Of a DNA stretch of 64,000 nt, positions 46,298 through 58,400 are shown one piece after another (the first letter of the stretch is position 1; every line of letters starts with the position of its first letter). Below the pieces are notes generated by a model, which saw only the letters and a list, made by a program, of their open reading frames with translations, had not been told where the DNA came from and did no database searches. The DNA is from Azolla caroliniana. Taxonomy: Eukaryota > Plantae > Polypodiophyta. The position numbers were made by a program, and so were the translations under genes. The stretch lies in the NCBI GenBank assembly GCA_043228905.1, contig JBHGNT010000015.1, forward strand, positions 14,508,001-14,572,000, written 5' to 3'.

Positions 46298-49200
46298 AAA
46301 TGAGTTGCATCTTGTTCGCGATGAGATGACATGGGAGGTCGACTCCAGAGCGTCGTTCCACCTTACCCCCGATCGGAAATGCTTCTCATCGTACAGAGCC
46401 AGAGATCACGGTTGTGTCTATATGGGAAATGAAGGTGCATGTTGAATTGTCGGCATAGGGGATGTATGTTTAGTAACATCAATCGGGTGCAAGTTGCTAC
46501 TGAAAGATGTACGACACGTTCTAGAGGTTTGGTTGAACCTGATATCAGCCGGTCGGCTAGATGATGAAGGCTACACGGGAAGCATCCGGAACGGAGTCAT
46601 GAAGTTTTGCAAAGGAAGCATGATCGTGGCTCAAGCCTGGAAGATCAACACATTGTACCTGATGCATTCCTAGATATGTCGGGAAGAAGTGAATGTGGCA
46701 TCCGACAATGCTGATGAGTTGTGGCACAAGAGGTTGTGCCACATGAGCCAGAAAGGGATGCGTAAACTTGCTGAGGATAACCTCATTCCCGAGGTGAAAG
46801 ACGTGTGCAGCTTGCGAAATGCACCGGTTGCTTGGCCGACAAGCAAAATAGAACCTCTTTCCGAACCCGACCACATATGAGACAGAATGCATCGTTGGAA
46901 CTTGTACATACCAATGTATGCCAATTGGACACAAAGTCACATGTTGGGTCACAGTACTTCGTGACGTTCATAGATGACCACAACCGGAAGTTGTGGGTCG
47001 CACCATTGAAGAAGAAGGACCAGGTATTATCTGTCTTCAGATATTTTCACACGAGAGTGGAAAGGGAAACCGGACGAAAGCTTAAGGCGGTTCGAGCGGA
47101 CAATGGAGGCGAATACCGGGGGCAGTTTGAGGAGTACTGCTAGATGAAGGGAATCCGGCTCGAATTTATCGTGCCGAAGACACCGGAGCTGAATGGATTG
47201 GCCGAAAGGATGAACCGAACCATGATGGAGAGAGTTCAGAGCATGTTGGCACATGCTAGGTTGTCCAAGACATTTTGGGTTGAGGCGTTGATGACGGTGA
47301 CCTATGTGATAAATAGATCACCCTCAGTACCCTTGGACGGAAACTTATTGTAGAGAGTATCGACTGGTAAAGACGTGTCTTACTGGCATCTGAGGGTTGT
47401 CTCGCCTTACCTACATCTGAGGGTTTTCTGTTGTCTCGCCTACGTGCATGTAGCAAAGGACAAGAGAGAAAAATTGGATCCAAAGTCCCAACCATGCATA
47501 TTCCTTGGATACGACAATGATGAGTTTGGCTACCGGGTGTGGGACTTGGTTGACAAGAAGGTGTTCCGGACTCGGGACATAGTCTTCATGGAAGACAAGA
47601 GCATTGCCGACTGGGAGTCAGAGAAGAAGATAATAAACTTTGGGTCGACCGACAGAAATCGATAGGAAGATACAAGGGCCCATCCAACCGGAAGCCGTAC
47701 GACACTATAAGAACCGGTCGGACTCGGACAAGAAACCGAACCAATCGAAGAAGAAGAATTGGACACCGGAACCGGACAAGATCCCGAATTGGATTCGGAT
47801 TAAGAACAAACAGAGGAACTAGTGGTCAAAAACCAAGGATGGAGATACCCTCTAAGATAAAGAAGGCCCCCCCGGACATTTCCAGATATAAAGCATATTT
47901 TACCAACCAACGAGGGGGAGCTGGACAGCTTCGAAGAAGCAAAGAAAGACACCTACAGCCGCAAGTGGTTAAGTGTCTTGTAGGATGAGATGGATTCCTT
48001 GCATGAGAACCACACATATGAATTGACGAGCTGCCGAAAGGAAAGAGAGCACTTCGGAACAAGTCGGTGTACAAGTTGAAATCGGGAGACATCGGAAATC
48101 CACCAAGATACAAAGCCCGGATCGTGGTGAAGGGGTTTCAACAAAAGAAAGGAGTGGATTTCCATAAGATATTTGCTCGGTAGTAAAGATGACATCCATC
48201 CGGATTGTGTTGAGCATAGTGGCAAGCATGGACCTCGAGGTTGAACATCTAGATGTGAAGACGATGTTCCTTCATGAAGATCTCGAGGAGGAGATCTACA
48301 TGCAACAACTGGAAGGATTCGTCAAGAAAGGTAAGGAGCACATGGTTTGGCGGTTGAGGAAGAGCTTATACGGACTAAAGCAAGCTCCCTGGAAATGGTA
48401 CCGAATAAGGATACCACTAGATGCATGCCGACCACTACGTGTTCATGAAGAAATTTGATGGAGGCGACTTCCTGATACTCCTACTGTATGTGGATGACAT
48501 GCTGATCGTTGAACCGGACCTGACCGAATCAATATTGGGAATCTAAAGAAGGCCTTGAACCGGAGTTTTTCAATGAAATATTTGGGTCCAACAAGATAGA
48601 TATTGGGGATGCACACAGTCTGGAACCAGACGAAGAAGCTATTGTGGCTGCCACAGGAGAAGTATGTGACGAAGGTGCTCCAATGGTTCAGCATGACAAA
48701 TGCGAGAACGGTCAGATTGACACTTCCGGCAAATTGCAAGTTGTCCAAAAAACAAAGCCCGAAGACGAAGGCGGAGAAGTCGGAGATGATGAAGGTACCA
48801 TATGCCTTTGTCGTTGAAAGCTTAATGTACGCAATGGTGTGTACCTGGCCAAATATCAGATACACCGTCGAAGTGGTAAGCCGGTTTATGAGCAATCCAA
48901 GAAGAGAGCATTGGGTTTCCGTCAAGTGGATCCTCCGGTATCTGAAAGGCACCTCAAACATGACAGGAACTACATGCTCCGATGAACAACGCTCGGCCAC
49001 AACCGAGCTTAGAATCATAAAACACAAAAAAAAAAAACCGGGGAATGAATGCACGACACAATGGAGAGAAGAGTACACAGAATGTTTACATGGAAAACCC
49101 AAACACGGGAAAAACCACGACAGTCCACTGACTGTTAACTATCACTATGTAACAATATACAATAGATGAACACAGAGGCAACGACCTCTTGTTCACTGTC

Positions 49201-49469
49201 TTCGCCACAGGCGGCGGTTACAACAGAGATACGAACTCTTCGTCTCTTTCTTTCTCTCTCTCTCTCTGTACACTGTTGCGCTCTAATCTTGCACCAACAA
49301 GAATGACAACACACGCATCATTCTCTGTTTGCCCTAAGTCATATTTATACTAATATGACTTTTCGGCTATTTACAAATATAGCCCTGATGGACTCTCAGA
49401 AACATATTTACGAATATGTCCCTTCATCCGGTGAGCACTTCTCACCGGGCCTTCACCATCCGGCTCTTG

Positions 49470-49703
49470 CCAGGTACTCCTCATCCGGTTCTCACCGGGT
49501 CTTCCGTAGTCGGGTACTCCTCATCCGGTCTTCACCGGGTCTTCCGCAGCCGAGTACTCCTCATCCGGTTCTCACCGGGTCTTCCGTTGCCGGGTACTCC
49601 TCATCCGGTCCTCACCGGGTCTTCCGTAGCCAGGTACTCCTCATCCGGTTCTCACCGGGTCTTTCGTTGCCGGGTACTCCACATCCGGTTCTCACCGGGT
49701 CTT
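49470..49703. repeat. 40-bp x6 CCGG-rich tandem repeat in copia-D LTR U3 (second copy at about 53038-53272)
   Basis: Unit CCGGGTACTCCTCATCCGGTTCTCACCGGGTCTTCCGTAG. Confidence 0.92.
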
Positions 49704-49777
49704 GGCCGAGTTTGCTCATCAGCACTGTTCTTCTCACTTCCCATCTAGAGGGACCTGTTTCCTAACAAACTCCCCCT

Positions 49778-52492
49778 TCACTCCGGCATGGGATGTCTTA
49801 CTAGTCCGATCCGCTTCCGACATGCATCCAGCTTGTCGGGTATCATTACTTTGGTCAGCATATCTAACCCGTTCTCGGCCGTGTGGATCTTCGTCAGCGC
49901 GAACTCTCGATCTTCTACTCCATCCCGGATCCAGTGATACCTACGTTGGATATGCTTCGTCCTGGAATGGTAGGCCGCATTCTTAGCAAGGTGGATGGCA
50001 CTTTGACTGTCGCAATAGAGCCGGTATTCATCTTGCCGGATACCGAGCTCTCTGATAAAGTCCTTCATCCACAATATTTCCTTGCCGGCTTCCACAGCCG
50101 CCATGTACTCTGCCTCTGTGGTTGACAACACAACCGTCTTCTGCAACCTCGACTGCCACGAAACAGCTCCCCCTGCATATGTCATTACATACCCGGATGT
50201 AGACCGGCTGGTATCCACATAAGCCGACATGTCCGAATCAGTAAAACCGTCAAGTTGAGGTTTTCCGGAGCCGAATCAGAGACACATATTTGAAGTGCCC
50301 TTCAAGTACCAGAGTATCCATTTGACCGCGTTCTAGTGCTCCTTGCTGGGATTGCTCATAAACCGGCTCACCACTGCGACTGCGTATCCTATATCCGGTC
50401 GGGTACACACCATTACGTACATCAAGCTCCCGACAGCAGAAGCATATGGCACCTTCATCATATCAGCCTTCTCTGCTTTCGTCTTCGGGCTTTGCTTACC
50501 GGATAATCTGCAGTTTTCCGGGAGTGTCGATCCAACCGGTTTCGCTTCTAACATGTTGAACCGTTGAAGCACCTTTGTCACGTATTTCTCTTGTGACAAC
50601 CACAATTGCTTCGTTGGCCGGTTCCGGATGATATGCATCCCCAGCATCTGTCTTGCCGGACCCAAGTCTTTCATTGCGAAAGTTTGGTTGAGAGCCTTCT
50701 TCAGCATCCGTATTCTGGCTTGGTCCCGTCCGACGATCAACATGTCGTCCACGTACAGAAGGAGTATCAGGAAGTCGCCTCCTTTGAACTGCCCCCGGTA
50801 TTCACCTCCGTTATCTGCTCGAACCGCCTTCAGCTTCCGGCCGGTTTCTCTTTCCACTCTCGCGTGGAGCTCTTTGAAGACGGATAGCACCTGATCCTTC
50901 GTCTTCAACGGTGTGGCCCACATCTTCCGGCTGTGGTCATCTATGAACGTCACGAAGTACTGCGATCCTGCATGTGACTTCGTGTCCACTTGACACACAT
51001 CAGTATGCACCAACTCCAGTGGTGCATTACGTCTCATCGGTGGCCTCGATCGGAAGGAGGTCCGGTTTTGTTTACCGGCCAGACAATCAGTGCACTTCTC
51101 CAAGTGCACGTTCTTCACTGGAATGAGGTTGTCATCTGCAAGCCTCTTCATCCTCTTCTCGCTCATGTGACACAGCCTTTTGTGCCACAGCTCACCGGCG
51201 GTGTCGGATGCCACGTTCACTTCCTCCGGACATAACCGGGCATTCATCAGGTACATCGTGTTTACCTTCCGGGCCTGAGCCACAATCAGGCTCCCTTTGC
51301 TGAACTTCATAACACCGTTCCAGATGCTACCCGTGTAGCCTTCATCGTCTAGTCGACCGGCTGATATCAGGTTCAGACAAACCTCCGGAACGTGTCGAAC
51401 ATCCTTCAGCAGCATCTTGCATCCGGTTGGTGTTGTCAGCCACACGTCTCCTATGCCGACAATTCGGCATGTACCTTCATTCCCCATCCGGACACAGCCG
51501 TGATCATCGGCTGAGTAGGATGAGAAGCATTTCCGGTCCAGGGTAAGGTGGAATGACGCTCCGGAGTCGACCACCCAGGTCATCTCGTCGCTGGCAAGGT
51601 TTAGCTCACTCTCCTCGGTGATGAGCATCAACTCTTCTTCACTTGCCACGATTGCCGTCGTTCCCTTCCGGTCCGGCCCCCTCCGGTCTTTATCGTTCCG
51701 GTCCGGTGTCCGCTTCGAATCAGTATCGTCGGTTTCCTTGTCTTTTCGGAAGTGCCGACAGTTCTTCTAGAAGTGTCTCGGCTTGCCGCAATAGAAGCAA
51801 GTAGGCCTCCCCCTTGACTTTGACCGTGTCCCCAACTTTTCCCGGTTCTAGGGGCTACGGTTCCTTTGTCTTCCGCGTTCCGATTCGGTAAGGAGCTCTT
51901 TGGAGTCGGAGCTCGTATCCTTATCTTTCTGAAGCGCCTCCTCATCTAGCAAGCTCGAATTCACTCTTGCTAGGGATAACCGTTTCCCTTCCGGCCCGAC
52001 GTTGCCCAAAGTGACAACCAACGTCTCCCAGCTATCTGGGAGGGAATCGAGCAGGAGTAGTGCTAGTACCTCATCGGCAAGAGGCACTTCCAATGATGTT
52101 GCCTGGTGGATTAGCCCCTAGAAGGCATTCATGTGCTCCGCCATGCTGGAGCCATCTTGGTACCGGAGTCTTACTAGCTTCCAAAATACTGAAACCTGAT
52201 TAACAACATTTTTGTTCTGAAACATAATGCCGATCTTCTCCCAGAGCTCATGAGCCTTGCTCTCTTCATTGAAGTTGTTGTATAGACTCATGTCGATGAA
52301 GCACCGTATGTACACCGTTGTCTTCATATGCATCACCTCCCATATCGTGGCGTCGATTTTGTCCGGTCTCTTGTCCCCTAACTGAACCGGCAACCAAAGA
52401 TCTTTAACCACGAGCATGTCCCTCATCTTCGACTTCCATACTGAATAGTTGGAGCCGGTGAGCTTGAACATGCCACCCAACGATTCGTCCAT
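49778..52492 (-). pseudogene. gag-pol of copia D with an in-frame IN-RT deletion and several point stops
   Basis: ORF pieces 52118-52492, 51848-52093, 50333-51649 (DSGAS, ADNGGEY fused to LLYVDDML) and 49778-50230 (RH). Confidence 0.88.
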
Positions 52493-52800
52493 TTTCTGTG
52501 TCGATTCACTCTGTTACCACTTTGACAGGAACTACACGCTCCGATGAAGAACGCTCGGCCACAACCGAGTTAGAATCATAAAACAAAAAAAAAACACGGG
52601 GAATGAATGCACGACACAATGGAGAGAAGAGTACACAAAATGTTTACGTGGAAAACCCAAACACAGGAAAAACCACGGCAGTCCACTGACTGTTAACTAT
52701 CACTATGTAACAATATACAATAGATGAACACAGAGGCAACGACCACTTGTTCACTGTCTTCGCCACAGGCGGCGGTTACAACAGAGATACGAACTCTTCG

Positions 52801-52838
<38 letters not shown>

Positions 52839-54390
52839 CACTGTTGCGCTCTAATCTTGCACCAACAAGAATGACATCACACGCATCATTCTCTGTTTGC
52901 CCTAAGTCATATTTATACTAATATGACTTTTCGGCTATTTACAAATATAGCCCCGATGGACTCTCAGAAACATATTTACAAATATGTCCCTTCATCTGGT
53001 GAGCACTTCTCACCGGGCCTTCACCATCCGGCTCTTGCCAGGTACTCCTCATCCAGTTCTCACCGGGTCTTCCGTAGCCGGGTACTCCTCATCCGGTCTT
53101 CACCGGGTCTTCCGTAGCCGAGTACTCCTCATCCGGTTCTCACCGGGTCTTCCGTTGTTGGGTACTCCTCATCCGGTCCTCACCGGGTCTTCCGTAGCCG
53201 GGTACTCCTCATCCGGTTCTCACCGGATCTTCCGTTGCCAGGTACTCCACATCCGGTTCTCACCGGGTCTTGGCCGAGTTTGCTCATCAGCACTGTTCTT
53301 CTCACTTCCCATCCGGAGGGACCTGTTTCCTAACAGAACATGTGCCTTCGATTCGGCTCAAGTAATCCCCAACTGGAAGGATTTACATATTCGGACATGT
53401 CAGCTGATGCAGATACAAGCCAATCTACATCCGGATACATTATGACATATGCAGGGGGGGGCGTATCATGGCAGTCGAGGTTGCAGAAGTCCGTTGCACT
53501 ATCAACAACAGAAGCGGAGTACATGGCAACCGTGGAAGCCGACAAGGAAGTAATCTGGATGAAGAATTTCATCGGAGAACTAGTATTCGGCAGGAGGAAT
53601 ACCGGCTCTACCACGATAGTCAAAGTGTCATCCACCTTCCGAAGAATGCAGCCTACCACTCCTAGACTAAGCACACCCCGAGGAGATATCATTGGCTCCG
53701 AGAGAAGCTAGAAGACAAAGAGTTTTTGCTGACGAGGATACAAAGGAGAACGGGTCGGACATGATGACCAAGGTGTTGTTAGCTGACAAGCTGGATGCAT
53801 GCCGGAGACAGATTTGACTGACAAGAAATCCCATGCCGGAGTGAAGGGGGAGTTTGTTAGGAAACAGGTCCCTCCATATGGGATCCGGATGAGAACAGGA
53901 CAAGACGAAGGAAGGAACCGAATCGGATGGATCTAGAAGGAGTCCGACTAGATCCGGTACGAACCAACAAATAGGAACATATTAGTAAATATGTTCAGAC
54001 GTGACCGTTGAGGTCCTATTTGTAAATAGTCCCAAAGTTATATAAGTATAAATATAATTGAGGGCAAATAGTGTTTTAGTGTTGTTATCATTGTAGTCAT
54101 TATTGTTGTACAGTGAGATATATATATATAGAGAGAGAGAGAGAGGGAGAGAGATATACATAAAGCTTTTCTGTTGTAACCGCCGGTTGGCGAAGACAGA
54201 GCTCGAGGTCGCTGCCTCCGAGTCTCCCATTGTATCTTTCCTCTCATAGTGATAGTTGGAGTCTGTGGGCTCCCATGGTTTTTCCCTTTTAGGGTTTTCC
54301 ACGTTAACATCTTGGGTTGTCTCATTTCTGTTTTCTGTTTCTTCTATTGTGTGATTGAGACTCGGTTGTGGCCAAGCACTATTCCTCACA

Positions 54391-55162
54391 ATGAGTTGGG
54401 CCATCCCTTTTGGATTGCTAAAATCACCGAAATTATTAAGGATGAACAAGGCAATCAAGTTATGTCCATTGTGGTTCATTGTGATGCATTTATTGGGAAG
54501 TACTCTTTAGAGATGGTTAAGGATGTCGGAAGCACAAGCAGAAAGCGGAGAAGAAAGAATCTACCGATCACATCTACTCCGACACTTGATAATATAGACA
54601 TACTAGTGTGTGACTTCTCATTAACCAAAATGGGATATCTAAGACTGACCGTAATCAAGATAATAAAAGAGAACATCCCATATGTGCCTCCTGACGCAAC
54701 ACAGAGACGAACAAGGAGTATGTCCCATAATCATGGTGACGTTGGATTGCAATTGGATGAAGACAATGGGTTGGTTGCTAGTGACGATGAGGATGAGACC
54801 TCACAAAGCTCTTCTAGTTCATCAAATGGGTTTGAAGGGGAAGACATAGCTTTGGGAAGTGATAGTTCTGATACATCAATTGTAAATATTGTATTTTTCA
54901 TCAAGATGATGATTCACGATTATATATAAATATAGTTGGTAGTCTTTTTGTAAATTTTACACATTCTTTTGTAAGTTTCGCGTGTCTATTATTTAGGCAT
55001 TTTTGGAAAGCCCTAAACTTTTGGACATGCTAAAAATCAGTATAATTTTAGAAAACCTTTATGCATGCGGCACCCCTTTTTGGAAATGACCTATTTTGTG
55101 CCTTTTGTTGACGGACAGTTCTTAAAATGCGACATATTACCTTTTTCAAATGACCCAGTGTT
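54391..55162 (+). mobile_element. Sola-like DNA transposon, part 2 (ORF end plus right TIR)
   Basis: LGHPFWIAK... acidic C-terminus; TIR AATGCGACATATTACCTTTTTCAAATGACCCAGTGTT ends at 55162. Confidence 0.75.
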
Positions 55163-55392
55163 GAAACTGTACACATCAATACATCTTAGAGCTCATTCCG
55201 TTGGCTTCTATTCGAACCATTGCTTCCATGTAACTTAGCTCACATGCATTGTGATGTGAGACGGGGGCATTGGGGCACAAGTGATGGGAGTGCTCGACTA
55301 TGTAAAATCCACTTAGTTACAACACTTCTTAGTCTCATAGGTCATATTTGACCTCCGAAGACGATAATATAATCTATATATATATATATATA
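55163..55392 (+). mobile_element. RTEX-like LINE 3' end with (TA)n tail
   Basis: Matches 56955-57370 in part; ends GGTCATATTTGACCTCCGAAGACGATAATATAATC(TA)n. Confidence 0.75.
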
Positions 55393-55461
55393 ATATATTT
55401 CTCTCCCAAAAAAGGAACTCCTTCCATTCATTATAAAATTTTATAATGAGAATATTATATA

Positions 55462-58400
55462 TGTTGAGAATCAAACTCAACTTCCCTAGTGTAGGAACAC
55501 ACCTGAGGAACACCCAAGTGTGAGAACATCCCACCTCCTTTGTATCATAACTAATGTGTCATAGAAGTTAAGTCCTATGACACATCTTTGGTAGGTAATT
55601 AAGTCTCCACCTCTTTTGTAAGAGATGGTTGTAGTGAGAGAACATAGAAAGAAGGTGACTACATAAGCACCTTCTCCTCCTCTTGTTATTGTTGGTTCAT
55701 TCTTGTTCTTATTAATACAATTTTATTGTTTTCTATATACATTCTCTCTCTCTCTCTCTCTCTCCTCTTGTTTTCGAGTATTAATGGATGAAACTCGCCT
55801 TAGAGGTAAAGGTTTATATTGCTGCTTTGTAGACTTCAAGAAAGCTTTTGATATGGTACCTCGTGAGCATCTTTGGAGGCGAATGGAAGAACTTGAGGTG
55901 CCAAGTGAATATATGCTTGCAATTTCCCGAATTTATGAGAAGGTTATATGTTTGTGCATATGAGAGATATACTTTCAAAAAATTTCAAAAGCACTATTGG
56001 TGTTAAGCAATGATGCCCACTCTCACCAACACTATTTGGTCTATGCATTGATGAATTGGGATGAATGGTTACCAAGTTTGCAAAGGAAGAATGTGTTGAA
56101 GAAGTTGTCATTGAGAATGTTGTGATTATGCTTTTTCTATATGCAGAAGATGTAGTGCTTTTTGCAAATACTTAAGAGATGCACAAAAGCTTATGAAGGC
56201 ATTGGAAAACATTTGCATGCATACTAAATTAAGTGTCAATAGCTCTAAAACAAAGATTCTCCTTGTGAGGAGCCAAAAAAGAGATAAATCATGCATTATG
56301 TACAACAATGACCCATTTGAATGTGTGGAAAGCTTCAAATATCTTGGCCTTCTAGTTCCCTCAAATCATAGATAGAATGAATGTGCTACACGCCGCTTAG
56401 AGGCGGGTAAGCGAGCATAATATGCAAGAAATATCTTTTCGACACTTTGATGACAAAGGTTCTTCTCTATGGGGTGGAAGTATGGGGCGGTAACATCCCT
56501 AAATCTATGTGGAAAGAGTTTGAAAATGTCCAAAAACATTTTCTTACAATGTTTCTACAAGTTAAGAAATAAACGCCCTACACCCTCCTCATTGAGACGG
56601 GATCGTTTCCCATTGAGATCATGGCCATGGAAAGGGTTATTGAATACATGCTTAAGGTTCAAAAAAACCCCTCACGTCGACTTCCTAGAATTGCATGGGA
56701 AGCAAGCAAAAAGATCCAAAAGACGCATAAAAGAAATTGTATGTGTTCAGGTTGGATGCAAGATATAGAAAAATGGTTTGGTAGATGGGATGCGAGACAC
56801 TTGCTTCATGATGCATCACTAGATTCCTCTGTAAATGAGGCCTTTTTACAACGCCAATGTATCAAGACATGGGACAAATGTGGAGGCTCACACTTCACAC
56901 ATTATACTACACTTGTTTCACCTAACTACAAAACCATTTTCTTTGCGGAACAGGGAAACCGTACACATCGATACATGTTAGAGCCCATACCCTTATCTAC
57001 CATTCAAACCATTGCTTCCATGCGACTTAGCTCACATGCATTGCAATGTGAGGCAAGGCGTTAGGGCACAAGTGATGAGAGTGGTCGGCTATCCACACTT
57101 TGCCCTAAACAAGTTTGCGAGTCTGAGTATCACACTTTGATACAATGCTCTGCCTTTGATCATATTCGACCATGCTTTCCACATCTCTTTGACCAAGCCC
57201 AATCCTTGCATGAATTCCTTTCACAACCACAATGTGCACTCTCGATTGCAACATTCATTGGTAAAGTTCTTGAATATCGAGAGTTAGTACTCACTTTCAC
57301 ATGTATCACGTGAAATGTAATATTTTTGGTCTCATAGGTCACGTTTGATCTCCGAAGATGATAATATAATCTCTCTCTCTCTCTCTCATACACACACACA
57401 CACACACACATCTCTTTCGTTGCACAGAATCATATCCAATTCTTTGCATGGTATTAGAGTGATTGGTAGCTTGACCCAATCCCAATTGTGTGTGTTGTGC
57501 CTAAACTCACATTCACGAAGAACCGGTCGATCGTTGTAGTAGCAACCTGCACAGTTCGTATCATAGAGAAGAAGAAGATTCAACATGAATACTCAGATGG
57601 GAAGCCCTCTTCCTACCAAGAAACTCGACATAAACAACTTTGCATCTTGGGAGTACAAGATGCACCAATACTTTGTCAGCCAAGGCTATTGGAGTTATAT
57701 CAAGGGAGCACAAAAAAATCAACCCAACCCGGCACATGCCAATCACCCAGCCTAGGAGCAAGCGGCGAGTCGCGTAATGTATTGCCTTACATCCGGCATT
57801 CATGATCACATGCTTAGCTACATTCAAGATGCCAAAACACCAAAGTAGGCGTGGGAGAACCTCAAAAAGATATTTGCGGCCAACACCACCGAATGAAAGC
57901 TTCAACACCGCCAAGAGTTGAACAACATACAACAGAGGGATATGTCAATCGGCAGCTACACCTTGAAGATCAAGGATTTGTACGACTCCCTCGGGTCGAT
58001 CAATGTTAACATTGATAACGATGAAATGGTGCAGATATGCCTCGGAGGCCTAACACCTCGTTTCGGCGCCATATGGTCAACGGTGCCTCCTTCAATCTCC
58101 AATCGATGCTATTGGTCGATGCTACTAGTCGAAGAATCCTCCCTCCTTCAATCTCCAATCGTTGCAACTGGTCGAAGAAAATCACGTCCAACAAAGGAGC
58201 AATGCGCCTGATGTTTAGATGCTCTACTCCTAGTCAGATGAGGAAAGAGGATTCGGCCAAGGAAACATAGGCCGATTCGGACTAGGCCGACACGGTCAAC
58301 CGACCCAAGAATGCAACTCCCACTATTGGTTGGAGGCCAAGAACACTCCTAGGGAGTTCGGCAAAAGGGGGAGCCATCCTGCCGGACCAAACCACCAAAA

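Larger units (their letters stand above)
48961..53335 (-). mobile_element. Copia D (Tork-like), internally deleted, nested in copia-A RT/RH
   Basis: LTRs 48961-49767 and 52523-53335 nearly identical; PBS TGGTAACAGAG at 52509-52519; PPT at about 49770; TSD AAACA/GAACA. Confidence 0.93.
34932..54390 (+). mobile_element. Copia A (Tork/Tnt1-like), full span with three nested insertions
   Basis: LTRs 34932-35455 and 53855-54390; perfect TSD ATGAG/ATGAG; PBS TGGTACCAAAGC at 35459; PPT at 53843. Coding pieces at about 35490-36073, 42146-42430, 46302-48960 and 53341-53840, with many stops. Confidence 0.93.

Noticed and set aside
49355-49765. Repetitive ORFs (also 52984-53445)
   Set aside because: Products of the 40-bp LTR tandem repeat.
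54249-54929. 226-aa ORF as a host gene
   Set aside because: Chimera of LTR sequence (to 54390) and the interrupted transposon ORF.
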